Assembly: GCA_963666315.2 (NCBI GenBank) | Contig: CAXXHG010000021.1 | Coordinates: forward strand, 96,001 to 160,000 | Length of the DNA: 64,000 nt | Direction of reading: 5' to 3' | Source: Candidatus Binatia bacterium | GTDB lineage: Bacteria; Desulfobacterota; Binatia; Bin18 | Part shown: in pieces, positions 19,885 through 32,628 of the stretch | Layout of the letters: every line of letters starts with the position of its first letter | Numbering within the stretch: position 1 is the stretch's first letter | Translations under genes and position numbers: made by a program | The notes under the pieces: generated by a model | The model's database searches: none | What the model was told of the DNA's origin: nothing | Seen by the model: the letters and a program-made list of their open reading frames with translations, nothing else

Positions 19885-20111
19885 ATCTGTCCCCTCCTTG
19901 GTTTCGAGTCAATATCGCATCCTGTTCACACAACGCAGTTCCTGCGTCTCCTCACCTCATCGCCATCCGTACTCCGCAACCCTGCGGTAGTCAAGTGAAA
20001 GAACGGGGCGAGACTAGCACGACCAGGAGAGCACTTGGCGAGCACTCCCTGGAACTTGATACGTTCACTTCACTAGTGGTAGGACGTTGAGCAAAAGGAG
20101 GTCGTGAACCT

Positions 20112-20930
20112 ATGATGGACTACAGCGAGTACGAGTATCTGAAGATCGAGGTCGCCGAACGGGTGGCCACAGTGACCATCAACCGGCCCGACCAGCTGAA
20201 TGCCGTTCACGCAGCGCTGCACCACGAGTTCGAGCAAATCTGGCTGGACCTGGCGCAGGATCGCGACGTCAACGCAATCTTGCTGACAGGTGCAGGCAAA
20301 GCGTTTTCTGTGGGCGGCGACCTGACCAGCCGCGAAAAGCCGACCAAGAGCAAGGGCCGCGGCGGGCGACGGATCGTGATGGCCGATGGCCGCCGGGTGA
20401 TCGAGAACCTGCTCGATGTCGAACAACCGATCGTCGCAGCGATGAATGGTGACGCGCTCGGGTTCGCGGCCAACGTCGCCTTGCTGTGTGATGTGACCGT
20501 GGTGGCTGAAACCGCGAAGCTGGCCGATACCCATGTCTCCATAGGTGCTGTTGCTGGGGACGGCGGGGCCGTGATCTGGCCGCTGCTGATCGGTCCTAAC
20601 CGGGCAAAAGAATTACTGATGCTGGGCGATTCCCTCACGGGCGCGGAGGCGGCCCAAATCGGCCTCGTCAACCATGCTGTGCCCCAGGAGGAGGTGCTGC
20701 CGAAGGCGCGCGAACTCGTGCAGCGGTTGGCGGATGGGCCGACGTGGGCGATCCGGTGGAGCAAGCTGGCGGTGAACAAGTGGCTGAAACAGCAGGCCAA
20801 CTTGATCATGGATGCCGGCCTGGCCTACGAAGCGCTGACGCTCACGACGCAGGATCATAAAGAGGCGCTGAAGGCGCTGCGTGAGGAGCGCGAGCCGAAC
20901 TTCATCCGCGGTCGTTCTGCCCCATCTTAG
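20112..20930 (+). CDS. Enoyl-CoA hydratase/isomerase family protein
   Basis: INRPDQLNA, GKAFSVGGD, ADTHV.IGAVAGDGG; clear paralogue of 2486-3280. Confidence 0.92.
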   Translation: MMDYSEYEYLKIEVAERVATVTINRPDQLNAVHAALHHEFEQIWLDLAQDRDVNAILLTGAGKAFSVGGDLTSREKPTKSKGRGGRRIVMADGRRVIENLLDVEQPIVAAMNGDALGFAANVALLCDVTVVAETAKLADTHVSIGAVAGDGGAVIWPLLIGPNRAKELLMLGDSLTGAEAAQIGLVNHAVPQEEVLPKARELVQRLADGPTWAIRWSKLAVNKWLKQQANLIMDAGLAYEALTLTTQDHKEALKALREEREPNFIRGRSAPS

Positions 20931-21450
20931 AACGCGTCTCATTCGACGGTGTCCCACTACTGTCCACCGCCTTCACCCGAAACTCATCCGTATTCGTCGC
21001 GCTCCCATCATGTGTGTACTTAAGCGTCGACGTCGTCGAATTGACCGGCGTGATGAGGGTCGTCCCATTGCTCGGTGGCGCCACCACCACAAACCCAATC
21101 GGGTCCGTGCCTGGCGGCGTATTGTCCTCATCACTGGCCACCAGCGTGACCGTCACCATATCCCCCCGGGCCACGTTGACACTTTGATCGGACGGCGCGA
21201 CCGGACTCGCCGTCGGCGGCGCCGGCGTCCCATGCGGCGGTAGCGGAATGGTGAACACCAGGTTCTCCGCAGTCATATCCCCTGTATTATTGATCGTCAC
21301 CGTGTAACGGAGCGTATCCCCCTCACTCACTACCCCATCGCCATCCGCGTCGATGAACAGCGTCACCACCGGGTTCGGCGCCGCCCACACGCCCACACTG
21401 AACAGCAGCAGGGGCAACAGTAGCAGACGGGGAAACGTGCTTAGGGACAT
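20902..21450 (-). pseudogene. Secreted adhesin-like protein (DUF11-like + Ig/cadherin-like domain), apparently truncated
   Basis: Signal peptide; DADGDG..GDTLRYTVTINNTG; VTLVASDED..PPSNGT..YTHDG..DEFRVKAVD; 3' end overlaps the convergent gene. Confidence 0.6.
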
Positions 21451-21468
21451 GTCTCACTCACAAACGCG

Positions 21469-22490
<1,022 letters not shown>

Positions 22491-22554
22491 CGACGATTTG
22501 TACACAATCATGACAATCGGTGTTTTCACCCAGGGACGTTCCTCTGCTCACTTG

Positions 22555-22658
22555 CGCCCGGCGATAAAGTTGCCGGGCTACAAGATAGCGCCCCATCAAT
22601 GGGGCTAGCCGGCTTGAGCCGGCGTCGTTATGTAGCCCGGACACTTCATGTCCGGGCG
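22555..22658. repeat. Multi-hairpin REP-like cluster (GTAG type)
   Basis: Inverted pair CGCCCGG..CCGGGCTAC / GTAGCCCGG..CCGGGCG enclosing CCCCATCAATGGGG and GCCGGCTTGAGCCGGC hairpins. Confidence 0.6.
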
Positions 22659-22754
22659 GAGATGGGTTCATTTTAGAAAGTAGGTTCCTGTACCAATCTC
22701 TTGCATTTCGATTTAGTCGCGCTTGATCTTCGGGCTGTTCTTTCCGCTATTGCC

Positions 22755-25136
22755 CTACGCAAATAATCCATCCCCAATCGCAGCGGCCACTTCCGTTTCG
22801 GACATGCCTAACAGCTCGGCATAGACCTCAAAATTGTGCTCACCAAAAAAAGGAGCGGGACGGTACGGCTCCAGCGGCGTATGGCTGAAGAGCGCGGGAA
22901 AACGATCAATCTGGTGGCGGTTGAGCAGAGGGTGTTCTAATTCGGTGAGCCACTGACGTGCCGCGAGTTGCTCGTCGCTCTCGGCCAAGTCTTGGGCGGT
23001 CTGGACTTTCCCCGCCGAGACGCCGGCTGTTTGGAGCTGTTGCATGGCGTGCTGCGCATTCTGACCGGCCGCCCAGACTCGCAGTTTTTCATCAACAACT
23101 GTTCGGTGTTGCCGTCGGCCTGCGACCGTCGTCAGGCGGCCGTTGGTCGCAAGCTGGGGGGTGCCTATGGCATTGCACAGGCGACGCCACTCTTCATCGT
23201 TGTGGACAGTAATGGCGAGCCATTCGTTATTGAGACAGGCATAGACATCATTGGGAACGAGGTCGACAAAGGCGTCCTGATTCCCCTGCGGCTGCGCCTC
23301 ACGACCGTTACTCAGAAAATCCATAAAAGCAGCACCCAGGGCATACGCACCGACCTCCAGTTGGGACAGATCAATGCGCTGACCTGTTCCGATTCGTTGG
23401 CGTGCTTCCAACGCTTCCAGAACTGCCAGCGCGCCGGCGAGCCCGCTGAGGTGGTCCGTCAGGGCCAGGCCGGTGCCGATGTCTTTACGCCCGGGTGGAT
23501 TGGTCAGATACGTGAGGCCACACAGGGCGTGGATGGTCGGGGCAAAGGTGACGAAGTCGCGCCACGGTCCGTCCTGTCCAGCTCCGGCCATGCTGAGATA
23601 GATGATCTGATCATTCCAGGTGTTGGCCGCTTCATATCCGATTCCCCAACGGTCGAGAACACCGGCGCTAAAGTTTTCAATAACAACATCCGCCCGTTCG
23701 ACCAGACGGCGAAAGATATCGAGTGCTTGTGGATGTTTCATATCCAGGTTGATGCTGCGCTTGCCGCGATTCCACATTACGAAATACGGGTTGCCGTTGC
23801 TGTTTGCGCCCTGTGAGCGCTGCTCGGTCTGGACCTTAATGACGTCTGCACCTAGATCAGCCAGAACACGTGTGGCATACGGGCCGGCCAAGACCCAACT
23901 AAAGTCGAGCACGCGTATGCCTGCGAGAGGTTTTTGATAAGTTGGAGAAGTTTTGGCAGCTCTAGCAGTTTGGGATTGACTCGCTCCGGCGTCCTTACGC
24001 GCCCAGCGCTGAAGGATCGTACTGACGGAGTCTGCGGCTGCCGGCGGCTGTGGCGCTGGGGCTGGAGTCTTGGACGGACGAAACAATGGTCCCGGAACCT
24101 GTACGTGCGAGCCGCTCCAGTCAACACTGCGAAAGAATCCGCGGGCTTGGAGCTGTGGACTGAGTGAGGCTTCGGTAATCGTCTGGACCTCGCCAAAAGG
24201 GAGATGGCGTTCTTGGGCAGTCAGAAAAAATTCGTGGGCGTCTTTTGTCGCTGCCCAGGCGCGTAACAGCTTCATGATGTGTGGGATCTTGGGCAGGAAT
24301 TTGACCAGGTCGGAGAAGTCTATCTCTCTGAGGTCTCCGACCATCCCGTCGGCTTCCATCCAGTCGAGCAGGGCCATGGTGTTGATCGCTGGAGTGATCA
24401 TGGCGTGGCCAGAGGCACAGGCTGCGACCTCAAACGCCCCGCTCCAGTGTACGGACCCTTGTCGTCCCCCGAACGGAATAGGCAGGAGGTTTTGAAAAAA
24501 CCAGAACATCAGTACGTGTTCGGTACAGCTGATGACCGACTGATGCAAAGACAGATCGATGTGTTGACCTTGTCCCGTCTGCCGCGCCGCGTACACCCCG
24601 GCCAAGCCACAGAGAGCGGCATAAAATCCGCCGATATTAAAAGACTGCCGCCCCCACGTGTTGAGCGGCGCATCAGGAGTACCATTGACCGACAGCATGC
24701 CTCCCAGGGCTGAGGCAACCAGATCGCTGGTCTGCCAGTTCGCGCGCGGGCCTTGCCGACCAAAAGGGGTGAGCGATACCTGAACGAGACGTGGATTAAG
24801 GGCGTGCAGATCTGGAAAATCGAGACCGAGTTGCGCCAACCGTCCGGGTGGCTCAGTTTCAATAAAGAGGTCTGCGTGCGCGGCGAGGTGTCGCAATTGG
24901 CTTTGGCCGGCCGTTGTACCAAGGTCGATTTCGAGGCGCTGTTTCCCGCCGTCATACCACCAGTCGAGCAGCCCGCCACGCTCCGCGGCGGCTCCTTTCA
25001 TTGTTGCCCCCGGTGATCCACGACCTACCTGGACCACATCAGCGCCGGCCTCAACCGGAAGCTTAGAGGCAAAACGTCCAGTGTCATCTGTCAGGTCGAT
25101 CACCCGTAGATCTTGTAACGCCGCGCCGTTAGCCAT
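22755..25136 (-). CDS. Family III CoA-transferase (CaiB/BaiF), two fused domains
   Basis: LQDLRVIDL..GADVV and PLAGIRVLDFSWVLAGP..LGADVIKV..NRGKRS; DHLSG in domain 2. Confidence 0.92.
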   Translation of the reverse strand: MANGAALQDLRVIDLTDDTGRFASKLPVEAGADVVQVGRGSPGATMKGAAAERGGLLDWWYDGGKQRLEIDLGTTAGQSQLRHLAAHADLFIETEPPGRLAQLGLDFPDLHALNPRLVQVSLTPFGRQGPRANWQTSDLVASALGGMLSVNGTPDAPLNTWGRQSFNIGGFYAALCGLAGVYAARQTGQGQHIDLSLHQSVISCTEHVLMFWFFQNLLPIPFGGRQGSVHWSGAFEVAACASGHAMITPAINTMALLDWMEADGMVGDLREIDFSDLVKFLPKIPHIMKLLRAWAATKDAHEFFLTAQERHLPFGEVQTITEASLSPQLQARGFFRSVDWSGSHVQVPGPLFRPSKTPAPAPQPPAAADSVSTILQRWARKDAGASQSQTARAAKTSPTYQKPLAGIRVLDFSWVLAGPYATRVLADLGADVIKVQTEQRSQGANSNGNPYFVMWNRGKRSINLDMKHPQALDIFRRLVERADVVIENFSAGVLDRWGIGYEAANTWNDQIIYLSMAGAGQDGPWRDFVTFAPTIHALCGLTYLTNPPGRKDIGTGLALTDHLSGLAGALAVLEALEARQRIGTGQRIDLSQLEVGAYALGAAFMDFLSNGREAQPQGNQDAFVDLVPNDVYACLNNEWLAITVHNDEEWRRLCNAIGTPQLATNGRLTTVAGRRQHRTVVDEKLRVWAAGQNAQHAMQQLQTAGVSAGKVQTAQDLAESDEQLAARQWLTELEHPLLNRHQIDRFPALFSHTPLEPYRPAPFFGEHNFEVYAELLGMSETEVAAAIGDGLFA

Positions 25137-25243
25137 GGTGGGTCTCCTCCCAGTTCCGACGTTGGGATGCAATCAGAACAACCACAAGGTAAAAGGGGCA
25201 GCGGGGCAGCGTCAAGACACAGCCAGACAGCACCCCAAAGGCA

Positions 25244-25310
25244 TCGGCCAAGCTTTCGGGATAGAGTTACGGGTGAAAGTTCCCGAGGAGGTCCTGACGA
25301 TTACGGAGTG
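25244..25310 (+). other. Possible degenerate 5' fragment of a group II intron
   Basis: CCAAGCTTTCGGGATAGAGTTACGGGTGAAAGTTCCCGAGG resembles recalled group II domain I starts; no RT or domain V seen. Confidence 0.35.
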
Positions 25311-25504
25311 CCCTCAGCTACGTAACAGAAAACAGGGCGGGGGTGGACGCCTAATGCCGCAGCGATTTCTGGAGCACTGAGTCCGTGTTTGCCTATCGGC
25401 ATTGTCTTTTACCTATCACTCTGAGACTCCTTGGCGGAGTGGCCCTCCGACCAGAGGTCAGCGGCTGGGACGGTTTCCTGATAAGTGCGAGACATGCCAT
25501 ACCT

Positions 25505-26548
25505 TCACTCTGTAGCCAAAGCCTCGATGGTATATCGGATGCCGTCTCGTGCAGCGGCATCCGGTAAATAATTTGTGAAAGTCGGATGAATCGGGTAGAC
25601 AATGGGCAACGTCACTCCGGCGGCTCGGTACTGGGCGATCTTGTGGTGACATTGCTCAGCTGAGCCATAGACGGCAAACGCGTCGACCATCTCATCATCA
25701 ACGAGTGCGGCTGCGCCATCCATATCGCCGCGCGCAGCGCGCGTGCGCATTTGAGCGACTGTCTCCTCATACCCTCGTCTCTCGAAGTAGCGGGCATACA
25801 GGACATAGGCGGTGACGTGAATGGCCGTAACATATTGCATGGCGCGTTTTGCCATCTTTTGATCCGTGCTCACGCAACACGGGAGATAAAACCCAATATC
25901 AATGGAAGCAGGATCACGGCCCGCGCGTTTTGCGCCACGTCGGACAGCGGCGAGGACATCTGGAACCATATCGAGTGGGACAAAGATGGGGAGCACGCCG
26001 TCTGCAATCTCACCTGCCAGGTCCAGCGTCTTTTCTGACAGCGCTCCGAAATAAAAGGGAATGGTATCGCGATATGGATGGAGCAACGGCTCGTAGTTAG
26101 TGATTTGGAAAATCTTGCCTGCGTAATTTACGAGCTTTCCTTCTGCGGCACCGTGCAGAATGGCACGAACGACCTCAGTTGTTTCACGCAGCCGGCGTAG
26201 CGGTCGGTCAAAGGGGAAGGGACGACCTGGTTCCGGATTATCCCGAGCCTGATGAATCTCGGGATGTCCAATCCCTAAGCCTAATCGGAATCGGCCTTCT
26301 GAGATGGTATCAACAGTAGCTGCCGCTGTAGCAATAGTTGTGGGGTTGCGGGTAAAGACAGTAGCCACGCCTGTGGCCAGAATAATGTTGGTAGTCTCAC
26401 GCGCACAGGCAGACAGTACGCTAAAGGCATCGGCGAAGCTTTCGATTAAGTAGGCAGACTCATAGCCTTTTTCGTCTGCAAGGCTGACGCAGTCAATCAA
26501 CTCATTGACCGACATCCCGCCCCAAAAGCCAGCGCCAATGCGCTCCAT
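25505..26548 (-). CDS. LLM-class flavin/F420-dependent oxidoreductase (Mer-like)
   Basis: LATGVATVFTRNP, SEGRFRLGLGIGH, LAGEIADG. Confidence 0.88.
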   Translation of the reverse strand: MERIGAGFWGGMSVNELIDCVSLADEKGYESAYLIESFADAFSVLSACARETTNIILATGVATVFTRNPTTIATAAATVDTISEGRFRLGLGIGHPEIHQARDNPEPGRPFPFDRPLRRLRETTEVVRAILHGAAEGKLVNYAGKIFQITNYEPLLHPYRDTIPFYFGALSEKTLDLAGEIADGVLPIFVPLDMVPDVLAAVRRGAKRAGRDPASIDIGFYLPCCVSTDQKMAKRAMQYVTAIHVTAYVLYARYFERRGYEETVAQMRTRAARGDMDGAAALVDDEMVDAFAVYGSAEQCHHKIAQYRAAGVTLPIVYPIHPTFTNYLPDAAARDGIRYTIEALATE

Positions 26549-26618
26549 GTGTGTCTTTCTCGTTATGCTGCTATTAGCGCCCTACGGCGACTGTGGAGTA
26601 AGTAAGCGAACGGCGTAT

Positions 26619-26990
26619 TTATCCTAAACGTGCTGTCTCAGCGGCGACGTGTCCTGCAAGGGTTGTCACAAATGTTTTGAGGTCGGTCATCGCCGAGAGC
26701 CCTATAAAGTTGCCCGTTTCTACTGAACTTCGGGAGGACGTAATGACTGAGGCTGCCGTATAAAGTTGCTCTTTGACTAGCTTCTGGCACAGCACGTCGT
26801 ACCGCTTCTGATATGACGCGTCTTTGAACTCATCGAATACCGGGAAGTGAGGTGCCTTATCTTTGCCCGGTGCCCGGGACTTGGGGACATCCTCAACGAG
26901 AATCAGCTAGCCAACGAAGGGGCGCGGTTGCGCGCCGAAAGCGCCTTCCTGATACGCTGTCCAGAAATCATGACCGGTGCCCACAGCTTC
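26619..26990 (-). pseudogene. C-terminal half of a XhoI/PaeR7I-family type II restriction endonuclease
   Basis: Not in the ORF track; hand translation [82 protein letters not shown]. Confidence 0.8.
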
Positions 26991-27114
26991 GAAACGGATC
27001 AATCACACCTGATATTAAACAAATAGTTTATTATTGGTCAAGTAGACACTCTTGCTTGACAAACTTTCCCGTCCGGCAGGATAATTCAGGACCAGCCAAA
27101 AGGGAGGGAATAGC

Positions 27115-28557
27115 ATGACCAACGATCTTGCAAAAATGGACGCAACGGCTCAGGCGGAACTGGTTCGCACAGGAGAGGCAAGTCCGCGTGAATTAGTCGA
27201 TGCCGCAATCGAGCGGGTGGAAAAGCTTAATCCCCAACTCAACGCCGTCATTCGTCCGCGGTATGAAAAAGCGCGTGCCGAAGCGGACTCTCCGCATTTA
27301 CCAGACGGTCCGTTGAAAGGCGTTCCCTTTCTGCTCAAAGATCTTTTCTGTGTGTATGCAGGGGATGAAACCCATAGCGGGTGCAAGGCGCTTAAAGAAG
27401 CGCATTACACAGCCAAGGTTGATACCTATCTGGCTGTGAAGTTTCGTGAGGCCGGGCTGATTACTATTGGCCAAACCAACACGCCGGAATTTGGCCTGGC
27501 GACAACGACCGAACCCGAAGCCTATGGTCCGACGTGTAATCCCTGGCATACCAATCATTCGACGGGTGGATCGAGTGGTGGCAGTGCCGCAGCGGTTGCG
27601 GCGCGTATGGTGCCGGTGGCACATGCCAATGACGGGGGCGGTTCCATTCGGATTCCAGCCAGTGAGTGTGGCTTGGTCGGACTGAAACCTAGCCGCGGTC
27701 GTTTGTCGCTGGGACCGAACTATGGTGAAGGCTGGGCCGGATGTATTGCCGAGGGCGTGGTGTCTCTGTCTGTTCGAGATTCGGCAACGATACTCGATGC
27801 GACCGCAGGCAGTATGCCCGGCGATCCCTATACCGCGCCTGCCTGTGAAGGCTCGTTTTCCGATGCCGCTCGCCGTGATCCAGGCAAGCTGAGAATCGGG
27901 CTGATGACCAAGCGTCCGGGCAATCAAGATCCGCTCCATCCGGAATGTGTGACCGCCGCGGAAAACACGGGGAAGTTGCTCGCATCCTTAGGCCACCATG
28001 TGGACATAGCCTATCCAGAAGCGCTGGACGAAAAGTGGGGTGCCGCCTTCAGCACTGTCGTGCTGGCGCACTCTGCGCGCACGGCAGAGGACGTTGCCGA
28101 CGCTGTAGGTCGCGAAGTCGGACCAGACGATTTCGAACGCTACACCTGGCATCTCATGAATCGCGGTCGTGCGATCAAAGTAACCGAGTACATTGCGTGT
28201 TTGGAATGGCTTGAACGCTGGGAACGGCGTATGGCCGCGTGGTGGGCGAACGGATTTGACCTGCTCCTCACTTCGACTCTTGGTGCGCCTCCTCCGCTCT
28301 TAGGTCAGTTGTGCAGCGCGGCCGCTGATCCGGACGAGGTCTATCGACGGGTGCTTGATTTGGTGCCTTACACTCCAGCGGGGAATGTGACCGGCCAGCC
28401 GGGTATCTCGCTGCCTCTACACTGGAGCGACGAAGGCCTGCCAGTTGGCGTGCACCTCATGTCCGCGTATGGACGCGAAGACGTGTTGCTGGGTGTGGCG
28501 GCCGAGCTTGAACAGGCACAGCCTTGGATCGGTAAGGTCCCGGCGGTGTGTGCCTAG
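27115..28557 (+). CDS. Amidase (amidase signature family)
   Basis: [42 protein letters not shown]. Confidence 0.93.
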   Translation: MTNDLAKMDATAQAELVRTGEASPRELVDAAIERVEKLNPQLNAVIRPRYEKARAEADSPHLPDGPLKGVPFLLKDLFCVYAGDETHSGCKALKEAHYTAKVDTYLAVKFREAGLITIGQTNTPEFGLATTTEPEAYGPTCNPWHTNHSTGGSSGGSAAAVAARMVPVAHANDGGGSIRIPASECGLVGLKPSRGRLSLGPNYGEGWAGCIAEGVVSLSVRDSATILDATAGSMPGDPYTAPACEGSFSDAARRDPGKLRIGLMTKRPGNQDPLHPECVTAAENTGKLLASLGHHVDIAYPEALDEKWGAAFSTVVLAHSARTAEDVADAVGREVGPDDFERYTWHLMNRGRAIKVTEYIACLEWLERWERRMAAWWANGFDLLLTSTLGAPPPLLGQLCSAAADPDEVYRRVLDLVPYTPAGNVTGQPGISLPLHWSDEGLPVGVHLMSAYGREDVLLGVAAELEQAQPWIGKVPAVCA

Positions 28558-28716
28558 TGCCGCGTCTACCTTAAAACTGTGCGTTGTCTTGTCGCCGTTC
28601 TCCCCTTCGACAAGCTCAGTGCGACCGGGAAGAGGCAATGTAGAACGGAACCGTTCGTGCTGAGCCTGTCGAAGCATGAACGTGCGGGGACGCACTATTT
28701 TAGGCTAGATGCGCTA
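28558..28716 (+). mobile_element. MITE family 1, copy A (159 bp)
   Basis: 27-bp imperfect TIRs (20/27 match), flanks CTAG/CCAG, internal CTTCGACAAGCTCAG..CTGAGCCTGTCGAAG pair. Confidence 0.75.
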
Positions 28717-28760
28717 CCAGCCTCTTCACGAAGATTGACTCTCGGTGGTTCTAGAGGATT

Positions 28761-31663
28761 TCAACCTGCTCGGAATGCGGCGCAGCTGGCGCAGGAGCCG
28801 GCGGGAGGGGCGGGGGGAGCCGTAGCCTCAGGCAGGAGGCGCTCTAGCGTTTTAAAGAAGATTTCAGCCTTGAGGGGTTTTGAGATGTAGTCGTCCATCC
28901 CGGCAGTAAGACAGCGTTCTTTGTCGCCCGTCATTGCGTGCGCCGTCATAGCGATGATTGGAATATGTGTCTGCGTCGTCCGTTCCTTGAGACGAATGGC
29001 AGCCGTGGCCGCAAGACCATCCATCTCCGGCATCTGTACATCCATTAACACCAAATCAAAGGGGTGTTGCTCCCAGGCCGCCAGCGCTTCCCGACCAGTC
29101 ATAGCCACCCTGACCGTATGGCCCCACTTTTCCAACAATCGTACGGCCAATTTCTGGTTGACGGCGTTGTCCTCTGCCAACAAGGTGCGCAGGGCGCGTT
29201 GATTCTTCCGGCGGCGCGGTTTGCCGTCCGCCTGTTCTCGTCTGCCGGTGTCAGTACGGAGTGCGTGCAAGATGGCTTGGAGTAGTTCGGCAGGATTGAT
29301 CGGCTTGATCACCTGAATCGTAATTCCTAGTTCCTGGCAACGGGTCCGCTCACCTCGCTGGTCGACTGAGGTCAGCATCGTGATGGTCGTCCCCACCGGT
29401 GCTTGTGTCTGCCGAAGCTGCTGCACTACTGCAAATCCATCCCTCCCGGGCATCTGGGCATCGGTGAGAATCAACGGGAACGGCTGCCCCGCTTCCTGGG
29501 CCTGGCGTATCAGCACGAGGGCTTCTTGGGCGCTGTCAGCGACCACAGGCTGCATCTGCCGGGTCTGGAGCAGATCGATGAGCATACGTCGGCTGGTCGC
29601 ATTGTCATCGACGACGAGCATCTTCATTCCTCGTAGTGTTTGGGGTGGCACCGGTGGGCCTTTGGTTGAGACCGGCCCTTTTGTCAGCCGCACCCTAAAA
29701 TGAAATGTTGACCCTTTGCCCACTGTACTTTCTAGTCCGAGTTGGCCGCCCATCAATTCTACCAATTGCCGCGATATGGTCAGACCGAGACCGGTGCCCC
29801 CATATTTTCGAGTGGTCGAAGTGTCGGCCTGAGAGAAAGGGGCAAAAATAGTGTCTTGTTTGTCAGGCGCAATGCCGACACCGGTATCTTGCACTGTAAT
29901 CTGTAACAGAGACACGTTCGGGTTCTCGACGCTCGTCCCGGTACTCCTGGCCTCGACGACTATTTCCCCCTGTTTGGTAAACTTGATGGCATTGCCCACC
30001 AAGTTTACGAGGACCTGCCGCAGCCGGATAGGATCTCCTCTCAGCCTGTCTGGGACCTCGGGCCGCACGTCAACGAGCAGTTCGAGCCCTTTCTCGTGGG
30101 TCCGTAGCGCCAGAGTTTTCATGGTTTCGTGGATAGTCTCGCGCAGACTGAAATCGACCTGTTCCAAGTCGAGCTTATGCGCTTCTATCTTGGAGAAATC
30201 TAAGATATCGTTGATTACCGACAAGAGCACCTCGGCCGAACTCCCGCTTGTCTGCGCATAGTCGCGCTGCTCGGCGGCCAGCTCCGTTTCCAACAACAGC
30301 TGGACCATGCCCATCACCCCATTCATCGGGGTTCTGAGTTCGTGACTCATATTGGCCAAAAATGACGATTTGGCACGGTTTGCCGCTTCGGCCACTTCTT
30401 TGGCTTGCCGCAACGCCTCTTCCGCCCGGGCACGCTCAATCGCCAGTGCCGCTTCGTTGCCCAGCAGTTGAAGAAATTGAATTTCTCTTTCGGTGCTGTC
30501 TCTCTTGATGCTATAGCTCACCGCAAACATGCCTACGGCTTCATCCCCACTTATCAGAGGAACGACCCAGATAGTCTTTATGAATGCATATTCTTTCTGC
30601 AGACGTGGGCTGACCAGAGGACTGTGGGCCAGGTCCGTTATCACGACGGGTTGCTTGGTCTGAAAGGCCTGGACAGCCGGAGCGGCCTCCTCCTGAGAAA
30701 AGCCTGCGCTATTTGCTCCGTAAGCGGCGACCCCTCTCAGCGCACTCTTCTCAGCGTCGACGAGCATGACGAATCCATGGTCGGCACCCAACAGATCCTG
30801 GGCACACCCAAAAAGATGATCGATAATGGTGCGAACATCGGAGGCACGAGCCAGGTTATGAGAGAGTTGGTGGAGGGCTTGGTGTTCCTGCTGCTGCCGG
30901 CGTTCCTGAGTGACATCGCGGGCAATGTTCATCACCCCGATTGGAGTCGGCCCCTCAAAGAATGCAAACGCATTGAGCGAGATCACCTTCTTCCCCTGCG
31001 GCGTAACAATTTCCAGCTCGTAGGGACCGTAGCTGCCGTCTCGGATAACCTGCTCCACCCGCTCCAGCGACTGGGTAAACTTACCAGGCAGAAGGATCTC
31101 AGTTGTCTGACCGATGATTTCTTCCTTATGAGAGAGACAGTATTTCGGCGAGCTTGTGGTTGACGGCGATAAAGCGGGCTTGGCGATTCATGAGAAAGAT
31201 CCCGTCGTTCGCATTCTCAAAGAGTTGCTCATAGCGGATCCGCTGGTCCTCTAAAGCCTCTTCAATGACGGTGGTGAGCAGCGTGTACGTTTCCTATTTA
31301 TAGCCGCGTACGCTTAAGGATAACTTCCTACCGTCGCCGTGGCGCTGGTAGTCGGGAAGCGTCGCTGTAAAGGGAGTCTCTTCCTGTTGTAAGCGGTCAT
31401 ACAAGGCATGCAGTCCATGATTTTCCAAGGCCGTATAGAATGTGGTGCGATAGTGCTTGCCGATGAGGTCTTCGGAGTTCAGGTGAGAATTTTTGCACTG
31501 ACTCGGGTTGACAGAGACAATGATTCCTTCTGCATCGATGACAAAGACTCCGAACGGAGCCGCCTCAAACATGGCGGAGAGGGTGTGTGGCAATTGTTGC
31601 ACTGGTGATGCTTCGGGCAGTCCCTACTGAAGCAGGACGATGTCTTTTCTCATCGATTGTCAT
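28761..31663 (-). pseudogene. Hybrid sensor kinase (PAS-PAS-GAF-HisKA-HATPase-REC-REC); 5' part disrupted, 765-aa frame intact
   Basis: [29 protein letters not shown], two receiver domains; upstream PAS region broken by TAG 31294 and frameshifts. Confidence 0.85.
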
Positions 31664-31729
31664 CACTCCTTATCGGTTGTTAGTCCTGGGTGTTTAAGAA
31701 GAGTCCAGGTGAAGCAGAGAATTGGGAAC

Positions 31730-32461
31730 TCATACTAGGCGTTTCGGTGATTGGATTTGGATATCCGCTCGCCGCTCGCCATACCAGAATTCCAACCCCT
31801 CCCGCCGTCGGAGGGCTTTTGGCCCTGTTCGAGCCAGATGGCCGATCAATCGAAAGGTCTCTCGTAGCGAGTATACGCGTAGCTTGCGGCCCGAGGTAAT
31901 GACCGATTCGCGCAGGATGACGAACTGCCCGCGTTTTCGTAGGGCCAGACTCAGAAAGACTTCTTCGGCAGCATAGCGAGACTCATCAAAGCCCCCGACG
32001 GCTTCGAATGCAGCGCGGGTACAAAACAGAAAACTCCCGCTGGCCAGCCTGGCACGACTGTACAGCGGAGAGATCGTGCGCTCTGCGATTTTGCCATACC
32101 ACGGCAGCGGCCGATCAAAGCGAAATCGACAGCCGCCGCCCACGGCTCCGTTTTGCATGGCCAGCACGGCCGCGTGAACAACAGCTTTATGAACGAGCGT
32201 GTCCGCGTCAACAAAGATGAACCAGCGGCCTTGCGCCGCCTGGGCCCCAACATTGCGTGTGGCTGCGATGTGTCTTTTATTGACTGAAAGAATCCGAACG
32301 CCATGCGCTGCAGCAATAGCAGTCGTCTGGTCAGTCGAAGCATCATCGACAACGAGAATTTCCGAGGACTCATCCACGGATTGAGCGGCTTCTTGTAACG
32401 CCCGCAGTATCGGGCCTATGTTGTCTTGTTCGTTGTAGGCGGGGATGATGAACGAGATCAC
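31730..32461 (-). CDS. Glycosyltransferase family 2
   Basis: ISFIIPAYNE, VVDDASTD, FVDADT, GGFDE, TSGRK. Confidence 0.9.
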   Translation of the reverse strand: MISFIIPAYNEQDNIGPILRALQEAAQSVDESSEILVVDDASTDQTTAIAAAHGVRILSVNKRHIAATRNVGAQAAQGRWFIFVDADTLVHKAVVHAAVLAMQNGAVGGGCRFRFDRPLPWYGKIAERTISPLYSRARLASGSFLFCTRAAFEAVGGFDESRYAAEEVFLSLALRKRGQFVILRESVITSGRKLRVYSLRETFRLIGHLARTGPKALRRREGLEFWYGERRADIQIQSPKRLV

Positions 32462-32628
32462 GCGGATTGACCTGCGGATTGATCTGACGGAAGAGAAACC
32501 GGTACGACCGCCGATTCACGAACACCGACCAGTTCGTTGACGGCTGCCGCGCTCGACTCTTCTGCCCGTGTTGCTTGAGCCAATATGGGTGAGATGATCA
32601 ATATGGGCCAAGTTGGGTAGAGCAGGCT

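Noticed and set aside
26555-26620. attC site beside the restriction enzyme remnant
   Set aside because: A GTTATGC heptamer is present but there is no matching inverse core or foldable stem.
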